From Gemmatimonadota bacterium (GTDB lineage: Bacteria; Gemmatimonadota; Gemmatimonadetes; Gemmatimonadales; JACORV01), in NCBI GenBank assembly GCA_041484135.1, contig JBGPHD010000001.1:844-64843 (forward strand): DNA of 64,000 nt, read 5' to 3'. The notes under the pieces are model-generated. The model did not search any database. It was given only the letters and a program-made list of their open reading frames with translations, and was not told the DNA's origin. A program made the translations under genes and the position numbers. Below are positions 42,237 through 49,578 of the stretch, one piece after another (the stretch's first letter is position 1; the number at the start of each line of letters is the position of its first letter).

Positions 42237-43460
42237 GTGGAGGAGTCCGTGGCCACGACGCATGTCGCGCACGACGTCGCGTTGTTCGAGAAGTGCAAGA
42301 ACTTCACCCGGGCTCGCGAAGTCCAGGCGATGGGGCTGTACCCGTACTTCACGCCGATCCACGAGTCGGAAGATACGATCGTCAAGATCGACGGCAAGAC
42401 AAAGGTGATGATGGGGTCGAACAACTACCTCGGCCTCACCCACCATCCCAAAGTGCTCGAGGCCGCCGAGGCGGCCCTTCATAAGTATGGCTCCGGCTGC
42501 ACCGGGAGCCGGTTCCTCAACGGCACCCTCGACCTGCATGAGATCCTCGAGGCGAAGCTCGCCGAGTTCCTTGGCAAGGAAACCTGCCTCGTCTTCTCGA
42601 CCGGGTACCAGGCCAACCTCAGCCTCGTGTCGGGACTGGTGGGCCGCGGCGAGAACATCTATCTCGACAAGCTCGACCACGCGTCCATCGTGGACGGCGC
42701 CAAGCTCTCGCACGGCGAGGTGCTGCGCTTCAACCACGGGGATCTCGGCAACCTTGAGCGCAAGCTGGCGCGCGACGACCGGCCGAAGGGCGCGATGATC
42801 GTCGTGGACGGCGTCTATTCCATGGAAGGCGACATCGCCGACCTGCCGCACCTGGTGCCGATCGCGCAGCGCTACGGCGTGGCGCTGGCGGTGGACGACG
42901 CCCACTCGGTGGGCGTCCTCGGCCCCACGGGCGCCGGCACCGCCGAGCACTTCGGCATGACCGACGAGGTGGACCTCATCGCCGGCACCTTCTCCAAGTC
43001 CCTGGCCTCCATCGGCGGCTTCGTGGCGGGCGCCGACTACGTCATTCACTACCTCAAGCATCACGCGCGGCCGCTGATCTTCACCGCGGCGCTGCCGGCC
43101 TCGAACACGGCGGGCGTGCTGGCGGCGCTGGAGATCCTGCGCACCGAGCCGGAGCGCCGTGCCGCGCTCTGGGAGAACACCCGGCGCCTCCAAGACGGGC
43201 TCCGCTCGCTCGGCTTCGATATCGGCCACACCTGCACGCCGATCGTGCCGGTGCTGATCGGCCCGCTGGAGAGGACCTTCGTCTACTGGCGGAAGCTCTT
43301 CGACGCCGGCGTGTTCACCAATCCGGTGGTGCCGCCCGCGGTGCCGCCCTCGCAGTGCCGGCTCCGCGCCAGCGTCATGGCGACGCACACCGCGGACCAG
43401 GTGGACTTCGCGCTGGACGCCTTCGGGACGATCGGCCGCGAGCTGGGAGTGATCTCCTGA
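42237..43460 (+). CDS. spt: Alpha-oxoamine synthase, serine palmitoyltransferase-like
   Basis: 407 aa (GTG 42237 or GTG 42249). NNYLGLTHHP, GSRFLNGT, VVDGVYSMEGDIADL, VDDAHSVGVLG, PLP-Lys GTFSKSL. The C-terminal RASVMATHTADQV...GVIS tracks Sphingomonas SPT as I recall it. Confidence 0.8.
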   Translation: MEESVATTHVAHDVALFEKCKNFTRAREVQAMGLYPYFTPIHESEDTIVKIDGKTKVMMGSNNYLGLTHHPKVLEAAEAALHKYGSGCTGSRFLNGTLDLHEILEAKLAEFLGKETCLVFSTGYQANLSLVSGLVGRGENIYLDKLDHASIVDGAKLSHGEVLRFNHGDLGNLERKLARDDRPKGAMIVVDGVYSMEGDIADLPHLVPIAQRYGVALAVDDAHSVGVLGPTGAGTAEHFGMTDEVDLIAGTFSKSLASIGGFVAGADYVIHYLKHHARPLIFTAALPASNTAGVLAALEILRTEPERRAALWENTRRLQDGLRSLGFDIGHTCTPIVPVLIGPLERTFVYWRKLFDAGVFTNPVVPPAVPPSQCRLRASVMATHTADQVDFALDAFGTIGRELGVIS

Positions 43461-43468
43461 CCCAGGCC

Positions 43469-44584
43469 GTGACGGTCCGCCGCGTCGAGACCGCGGCCGA
43501 CCTCAAGCGCTTCATCGCATTCCCGTACCGGCTGCACCGGGGCGATCCCAACTGGGTCGCCCCGTTGCGCATGGACGTGAGGACGATGCTCTCCCGGGAC
43601 AAGAACCCCTTCTTCGCGCACGGCGAGGCGGACTATTTCCTCGCCGAGCGGGCGGGCGACGTGGCGGGGCGCATCGCCGCCATCCGGAACGACGCCCACA
43701 CCGCGTTCCACCCCGACGAGCCCACCCTCGGCTTCTTCGGGTTCTTCGAGAGCGTGAACGACCAGGCGGTGGCCGACGCCCTGATCGCGGCCGCGGCGGG
43801 ATGGCTGCGCGCCCGCGGCCTCACCGTGATGCGCGGCCCCGCCAGCCTCTCCACCAACGACGAGTGCGGCCTCCTGGTCGAGGGCTTCGACACCCCGCCC
43901 ACGATCCTCATGCCCCACAACCCGCCCTACTACGCCGAGCTGTTAGGCAGGGCCGGCTTCGTGAAGGTGATGGACCTGCTCGCCTACCAGGGCTCCGGGG
44001 ATGCCCCGCCCGCCCGCCTCCTCGAGGGGGCCCGCCGGCTCGCCGAACGCCACCGGATCACCCTCCGCCCGATGGACATGAGCCGCTACTGGGAGGACGT
44101 GGAGAAGATCCGGCAGCTCTACAACAGCGCCTGGGAGAAGAACTGGGGCTTCGTCCCGATGACGGACGAGGAGATGAACCACCTCGCCCGGCAGCTCAAG
44201 CCGGTGGTGGTCCCGGACCTCATCGTCTTCGCGGAGATGGACGGCGCGGTCATCGGGTTCGCCATCACGCTCCCCGACTTCAACCAGGCGCTGGCGAAGA
44301 ACCCGGACGGCCGGCTCTTCCCGTTCGGGCTCCTCAGGCTCCTCTGGCACAAGCGCCGGATCCGCCGCGCGCGTACCCTCACCCTGGGCGTGCTGCCGCG
44401 GTACCGGCGTCTGGGGGTGGACGCGCTGATGTACGAGTGGACCTGGCGCCACGGCAACGCGCACGGCCTCTTCTGGTGCGAGGCGAGCTGGCTCCTCGAG
44501 ACCAACCACGCCATCCGCAACGGCATGGAGCGGCTGGGATTCCGCGCCTACAAGACCTACCGGATGTACGACCGGCCGGTATGA
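43469..44584 (+). CDS. GNAT-fold acyltransferase, about 370 aa (candidate bacterial ceramide synthase)
   Basis: Real part of track ORF 43355..44584. Start GTG 43469, or the CTG 43457 that overlaps the spt TGA. FFGFFESVND...MRGPASLSTNDECGLLVEGF...LGVLPRYRRLGVDALM...EASWLLETN (acyl-CoA N-acyltransferase-like). Confidence 0.6.
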   Translation: MTVRRVETAADLKRFIAFPYRLHRGDPNWVAPLRMDVRTMLSRDKNPFFAHGEADYFLAERAGDVAGRIAAIRNDAHTAFHPDEPTLGFFGFFESVNDQAVADALIAAAAGWLRARGLTVMRGPASLSTNDECGLLVEGFDTPPTILMPHNPPYYAELLGRAGFVKVMDLLAYQGSGDAPPARLLEGARRLAERHRITLRPMDMSRYWEDVEKIRQLYNSAWEKNWGFVPMTDEEMNHLARQLKPVVVPDLIVFAEMDGAVIGFAITLPDFNQALAKNPDGRLFPFGLLRLLWHKRRIRRARTLTLGVLPRYRRLGVDALMYEWTWRHGNAHGLFWCEASWLLETNHAIRNGMERLGFRAYKTYRMYDRPV

Positions 44585-45540
44585 GAGCCTTCGTCACCGG
44601 CGCCACCGGATTCGTGGGCAGCCATCTCGCCGAGGCGTTGCTGGCGCGGGGGGACGCGGTCGTCTGCCTGGCGCGCCGTCCCGACGCGGCGGCGGCGCTG
44701 GCGGCGCGGGGCGCCGAGATCGTGCGCGGCACGCTCGAGGACGAAGCGGGCCTGGCGGGCGCGCTGGCGGGCGCCGAGGTCGTGTATCATGTCGCGGGGC
44801 TCACGGCCGGCAGCGAAGCCGAGTACGTCGCCGTGAACGAGGCCGGCACCCGCCGCCTAACGGAGGCGGCGCAGCGGCAGGCGCCCGCCGCGCGGTTCGT
44901 GTATGTGTCGAGCCAGGCGGCGGTGGGCCCCGGGCCGATGCTCGACGAGGACGCCCCGTGCCGGCCGGTGAGCCCGTACGGGCGGAGCAAGCTCGCGGGC
45001 GAGGCGGTGACGCGGGGATCGGGGCTGGCCTGGACGATCGTGCGGCCGTGCTCGGTCTACGGCCCGCGCGACCGTGCCTTCCTGACGGTCTTCAAGCTCA
45101 CGGCGAAGGGCCTGGCGCCGGTCTTCGGTCGAGGGAACCAGGAGTTGTCGCTGATCTACGCCCCCGACCTCTGCGGCGCGATCATCAAGGCCGGCACGCA
45201 GCCGGGCGCCGGCGGCCGTATCTATCATGTGGCGCACCCCGGCACCGTGACCTCTCGGGCGCTGGCCCTGGCCGTGGGCCGGGCGATGGGCCGGACCCCG
45301 TTGGTGATCCCCGTGCCGCGGCTCGCCGTGGAAGGACTGCTCGGCGTGGCGACGATGGTGCGGGCTTTGGTGCGGAAGCGTAGCGTGGTCAATCTCGGCA
45401 AGATCGACGAGTTCTTCGCGTCGGCCTGGACCTTCGACGTGGGCCGCGCCGAGCGGGAGCTGGACTGGCGCGCCGCGCACGACCTCGCGTCGGGCCTGGG
45501 CGAGACGGCGGCGTGGTATCGGGCGGAGGGATGGCTGTGA
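44581..45540 (+). CDS. NAD(P)-dependent epimerase/dehydratase-family SDR (candidate ceramide reductase)
   Basis: Real part of track ORF 43801..45540. The ATG at 44581 overlaps the upstream TGA (ATGA). MRAFVTGATGFVGSHL Rossmann motif. Catalytic YGRSK. Confidence 0.75.
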   Translation: MRAFVTGATGFVGSHLAEALLARGDAVVCLARRPDAAAALAARGAEIVRGTLEDEAGLAGALAGAEVVYHVAGLTAGSEAEYVAVNEAGTRRLTEAAQRQAPAARFVYVSSQAAVGPGPMLDEDAPCRPVSPYGRSKLAGEAVTRGSGLAWTIVRPCSVYGPRDRAFLTVFKLTAKGLAPVFGRGNQELSLIYAPDLCGAIIKAGTQPGAGGRIYHVAHPGTVTSRALALAVGRAMGRTPLVIPVPRLAVEGLLGVATMVRALVRKRSVVNLGKIDEFFASAWTFDVGRAERELDWRAAHDLASGLGETAAWYRAEGWL

Positions 45541-46400
45541 CCGGACGCCGGGGCGTGACCGCGACCGACAAGGTGATGCTCGCCTTTCTCGCCGCGAACA
45601 CCGCGGTCGTGGTCTGGCACGCCCCGGTGATCGGGGCCTGGCCGTGGCTCCTCGTCGGCAACGCGCTGGCGGTGGCGCTGATCGTGCTGCTCCAGCGCGC
45701 GCCGGTGACGCCGTTCCTCGCGTTCATGGGCGGCGGCTACGGCCTGATCCTCACCCTGGCCTTCTACACCCAGCTCGGCATCATCGAACTGGACGTGGCC
45801 AGCGTGCGCGACGCGATGGTGCAGCGGTGGGAGGCGGCGCTCTTCGGGGGCGAGGTGAGCGTGACCTGGCACGCGCTGATGCCGAACCTCACGCTCTCGT
45901 GGATCCTGCATTTCTGCTACGGCGCGTACTACTGGATCGTGGCGGCGGCGACCTACTGGCTCTTCTTCCGCGCGCCGCGGGGCGCCTTCGAGCGGGGGAT
46001 GTTCCTGCTGACGCTGGGATTCTACGCCTGCTACGTGATCTACTCGCTGCTCCCGGTGGCGGGCCCGCGCTACTTCTACGGCAGCGCGACAGGACCGATC
46101 ACCACGGTGCTCCCCGCGCGCATCGTCCACCGGCTCCTCGAGGGCGGGTCCGCGTACGGCACCGCGTTCCCGTCCTCGCACGTCACGGCATCCTGGTGCG
46201 CGGTGCTGGCCCTCTGGCGGGACGCGCGGAAGGTCGCCCTGCTGCTCGCGCCGGTGGCCCTCGGACTGGCGTTCGGCACCGTGTACGGCCAGTTCCATTA
46301 CGGCGTGGACGCGATCGCCGGCGCCGCGCTCGCCCTCTTCCTCTACTTCGTGAGCGAGCCGCTCAGACTGGCTTTGCGACCGGCCGTTCCACCGTCGTAG
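45531..46400 (+). CDS. PAP2_3/Aur1-like integral membrane phosphotransferase
   Basis: About 289 aa with 6 or more TM segments. Start ATG 45531 or GTG 45537 (GGAGG upstream; overlaps the SDR stop). Motifs FPSSHVTASW and GQFHYGVDAIAG fit the PAP2 C2/C3 boxes of inositol-phosphorylceramide/sphingomyelin synthase-type enzymes. Confidence 0.65.
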   Translation: MAVTGRRGVTATDKVMLAFLAANTAVVVWHAPVIGAWPWLLVGNALAVALIVLLQRAPVTPFLAFMGGGYGLILTLAFYTQLGIIELDVASVRDAMVQRWEAALFGGEVSVTWHALMPNLTLSWILHFCYGAYYWIVAAATYWLFFRAPRGAFERGMFLLTLGFYACYVIYSLLPVAGPRYFYGSATGPITTVLPARIVHRLLEGGSAYGTAFPSSHVTASWCAVLALWRDARKVALLLAPVALGLAFGTVYGQFHYGVDAIAGAALALFLYFVSEPLRLALRPAVPPS

Positions 46401-47460
46401 CCAGCGCGGCGTAGGTCTGCCCGCCGTACCGCTCGCGCATCTGCCCCACGGCGCCCGGGTCCCCCATCACGATGAGCGTCACGCCCTCCTGCACCATCAG
46501 GTCGTCCTTGGGCTTGAAGTGGTAGCGGCCCTCCTTGCCCTCGATGAGGGCGAGGAGCAGCAGCCCCGGGGTCGCGTTGATGTGCAGGGTGCCCAGCGCC
46601 TTCCCGATCGCCGGCGAGCCCCGACCCACCGCGATCTCCTCGATGCGGAGGTTCCGGTCGCGGTCGCGGAGCATCTGGTCGAGGAAGGTGACCACGGCGG
46701 GACGCAGCATCTCGGACGCCATGCGCAGCCCGCCGATGGAGAACGGCGACACCACGCTGTCGGCCCCGGCGCGCCGGAGCTTCGACTCGTTCTTGGGCTC
46801 CACCAGCATCGAGACGATGCGCATGATCGGATTGGTCTGCCGGGCCGTCAGCGTGCACAGCACGTTCTCGCGATCCGACTCCATGGCGGCGACGAGCCCG
46901 GCCGCCCGCATGATGCCCGCCTCGCGCAGCACCTCCTCGTCGGACGGGTCGCCCTCGATGTGGAGCAGCTCGCCCTCGCTGGTCACCGCGGGTGCCGGCG
47001 TGCCGGCGGGATGGACCGAGACCACGGCGCGTTTCACCCGTCGCATCTCGTCGATCACGTGGCCCGCCACGACGCGATCGCCGCACACGATGACGTGCTC
47101 CTTGAGTTCGCTGATGGCCTTGCGCATGCGCTTCCTCCAGAACACCTGCTCGAGCTGTCCTTCCACGAAGAACGCCGTCACCGTGGACGCGAAATAGACC
47201 AGGATCCCCATCCCGAAGATGAGCAGGATCATAGTGAAGACCCGGCCCGACGACGTGAGCGGGAAGACCTCCCCGTAGCCCACGGTCGTGAGCGTGATGA
47301 CCGTCATGTAGAGGCTGTCGAGGAGCCGGTGCTGCCCGTGCCCGAGGATCGTGTAGCCGGTCACGCCCACCAGGAACACCACCAGCGTCCCGGCCGCCGC
47401 GGTGAAGAGGCGACGACGGACTTCGGCGAGCTGCTGGTCGGGCGACGAGAGCGGCGGCAT
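46363..47460 (-). CDS. 2TM potassium channel with RCK (TrkA_N/TrkA_C) domains, MthK-like
   Basis: Trimmed to the ATG at 47460. Selectivity filter TLTTVGYGEV. RCK Rossmann HVIVCGDRVVAGHV. The 3' end overlaps the convergent PAP2_3 gene by 38 nt. Confidence 0.85.
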   Translation of the reverse strand: MPPLSSPDQQLAEVRRRLFTAAAGTLVVFLVGVTGYTILGHGQHRLLDSLYMTVITLTTVGYGEVFPLTSSGRVFTMILLIFGMGILVYFASTVTAFFVEGQLEQVFWRKRMRKAISELKEHVIVCGDRVVAGHVIDEMRRVKRAVVSVHPAGTPAPAVTSEGELLHIEGDPSDEEVLREAGIMRAAGLVAAMESDRENVLCTLTARQTNPIMRIVSMLVEPKNESKLRRAGADSVVSPFSIGGLRMASEMLRPAVVTFLDQMLRDRDRNLRIEEIAVGRGSPAIGKALGTLHINATPGLLLLALIEGKEGRYHFKPKDDLMVQEGVTLIVMGDPGAVGQMRERYGGQTYAALATTVERPVAKPV

Positions 47461-47555
47461 GGGCGGTTCGCGTGAAGCTATACGGTTGACGCCCGGGCCG
47501 CCAAACCCCATTCTCCTAGCCGACGAGAATCCCTGAGCACCCCACCGGAGCCGCC

Positions 47556-49436
47556 ATGACGCTTGCCGATCTTCCCGTCCTGAACCCGTCCACCCCAGGG
47601 CGTGAGGCCAAGCGCGCCGCGCTGGTCGCGGCGCTCTTCCTCGTCTTCGGCGTGTTGTACGCGCTGGCGCGCGCCGCCGCTGCCGCGCCGCCGGACCTCT
47701 CCGCCTCGACGGACGTGGTCTTCGGGTTCGCGTTCCCGCGGGGATGGGGCATCATACCGGCGCTCTGGACCGGCTCCGCCACCTGGCCTGGCCGGCTCGC
47801 CGCCGCCGGGCTCGAGACCACGCTGGCCGTGACGGCCACGGTGATCATGGCGGTCGCCATGGTGATCGTCATGCACCCCGACATCCTGTCGCGCCAGGGA
47901 CCGCAATACGTCTCGCCGGCGCGGCGCATCGCGACGGTCGTGATCGCGTTCGCGCTCGCGTTCCTGCTGTTCCGCGGCACCCTCGTCATCGACGGGCTCT
48001 TCTCGACCGACCTCGCGCAGGACCCCGACAAGGCCCGCCGCCAGCTCATCGGCATCGGCGCGATCTCGGCCGTGCTCTTCGGCGGCATCTGGTCGTTCAT
48101 CGGCCCCAAGGACTTCGGGCGTCGCGTCCCGCTGCGCATCTCGCACGGCGCCCTGGGCGGCATCGCCGTCTGGGCGGCGGTCACCTTCGCCACGCTCCTC
48201 TCCAGCGAGCCCCGGAGCTTCCTCTCCAGCTCGCTCGACACCTTCTACTCGCTCCTCACGATCGACGCCGCGTCCGGGAGCCCCGGCGCCACGGCCGGCT
48301 GGGCGATCTCCTCCGACGTGATCACCGCCGGGGTCGCCATGGCGGTCGCCGGCGCGTTGCTCATCGTCACCGCGCCGCAGTCCCTCGGGCCGGGGAACCG
48401 CCGCGGGAGCACCATGGTGGCCGCGATCCTCGGCACCCTGCTCGCCGTCGTCGCGTTCACCACCTACAGCACCACGAGCCGCCGCGCCGGCGACGTGAGC
48501 GTGAGCGTCGTGGACGCGCTCGGGCTCGACCGCACCGCCCCCGCGCGCACGCCGATCCTCCTTTCCGGGCAGACCGCCACGCTGTCGCAGCGCCTCGTGA
48601 CGCGGACCCAGACCTCTCCCACCGCCACCGCCGACGACTGCGCCCACGCCCCCTCGGGCGACGACCGCGTGCTGCCGGCAGCCACCCAGGCCAACGTGCA
48701 GAAGCTCGGTGCCTGGCTCGACGCCCACCGCGGCGAGGTCACCGGCACCGCCATCCGCGTCGCGAGCTGCCGCACGGCGCTCCTCGCGCTGCGCTGGGAT
48801 CCCGAAGCCGCGCGCGCCGGCATCTTCCTCAGCGACCGGCCCGAGCGCATCGGTCCCATCACGTACCTGTTCGCGATGTCCGGCCTCAGCAGCCCGAGGC
48901 CCGCCGCGTTGAGCCGCATCCTGGCGGCGCTCGGCGACGCCACCCGGTTCCAGCAGGGGAGCGAGGCCCCGATGCGCTTCGCGACCTACGCGCGCCTCGC
49001 CGGCGACTCGGCGGCGGAGGCGTTCTGGCGGCAGCGCGTCGACCAGCCGGCGGACCTGGCCACCCTCCGGCCCCGCCCGGCCTATACCGACGGCACCGTC
49101 AGCGGCCGCATCGTCTCGGCGCGGAGCGGCTGGCGGATCGGCCTGCTCGTCGCCGATGACCCCTCGACCGGTCTCGATCCCACGATGCTCGCGCCGCGCA
49201 ACGAAGGCTCCGTGCTCACCAACATGGTGACCGCCGCCGATGTCGGCACCGACGGCCGCTTCAGCTTCAACGGCCTGCGCGACGGGTACTACATGCTGGC
49301 CCTGCTCTCCCCCGAAGGCACCGCCGTCGCGGCGCTGTCGGCCCTCCGGGTCCGCGGCGACCCCGGGATCGTCCGGCTCGACGCGACGCACAAGGCGCTG
49401 GATGTCGGGGCGGTGACGGTGGATTACGAGCGTTGA
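47556..49436 (+). CDS. Hypothetical polytopic membrane protein with extracytoplasmic C-terminal region
   Basis: 626 aa. About 8 hydrophobic segments in the first 330 aa. The C-terminal end has a carboxypeptidase-regulatory-like strand pattern (GTVSGRIV...TDGRFSFNGLRDGYYMLAL). No family recognised. Confidence 0.55.
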   Translation: MTLADLPVLNPSTPGREAKRAALVAALFLVFGVLYALARAAAAAPPDLSASTDVVFGFAFPRGWGIIPALWTGSATWPGRLAAAGLETTLAVTATVIMAVAMVIVMHPDILSRQGPQYVSPARRIATVVIAFALAFLLFRGTLVIDGLFSTDLAQDPDKARRQLIGIGAISAVLFGGIWSFIGPKDFGRRVPLRISHGALGGIAVWAAVTFATLLSSEPRSFLSSSLDTFYSLLTIDAASGSPGATAGWAISSDVITAGVAMAVAGALLIVTAPQSLGPGNRRGSTMVAAILGTLLAVVAFTTYSTTSRRAGDVSVSVVDALGLDRTAPARTPILLSGQTATLSQRLVTRTQTSPTATADDCAHAPSGDDRVLPAATQANVQKLGAWLDAHRGEVTGTAIRVASCRTALLALRWDPEAARAGIFLSDRPERIGPITYLFAMSGLSSPRPAALSRILAALGDATRFQQGSEAPMRFATYARLAGDSAAEAFWRQRVDQPADLATLRPRPAYTDGTVSGRIVSARSGWRIGLLVADDPSTGLDPTMLAPRNEGSVLTNMVTAADVGTDGRFSFNGLRDGYYMLALLSPEGTAVAALSALRVRGDPGIVRLDATHKALDVGAVTVDYER

Positions 49437-49499
49437 AAGAGGAGAAGCGTTGAAGGTTGAATAAAGAGAGGCGTTGAAAGGGGTTACCTTCAACGCCTC
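49430..49499 (+). repeat. GCGTTGAA repeat cluster (3 direct copies, 1 degenerate, 1 inverted)
   Basis: gcgttgaa at 49430, 49447 and 49471. ggttgaa at 49455. The inverted copy ttcaacgc at 49489. Relatively AT-rich intergenic island that starts on the stop codon of the upstream gene. Confidence 0.8.
49468..49499 (+). terminator. Hairpin, candidate intrinsic terminator
   Basis: GAGGCGTTGAA (49468..49478) pairs perfectly with TTCAACGCCTC (49489..49499) across a 10-nt interior. It is followed by TCTTCTTCGTTCC and lies 32 nt after the stop at 49436. Confidence 0.45.
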
Positions 49500-49578
49500 T
49501 TCTTCGTTCCCCCCTCCGTGTGCAAGTCCCCGCCACCCAGGCGTCCCCCTTCCAGACACTCAACTGGGAGGTTTCACC

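Noticed and set aside
41451-43388. 645-aa minus-strand ORF
   Set aside because: Only the C-terminal 251 codons (the PAP2 protein, from ATG 42206) are plausible. The N-terminal 394 codons are antisense to the well-supported spt gene.
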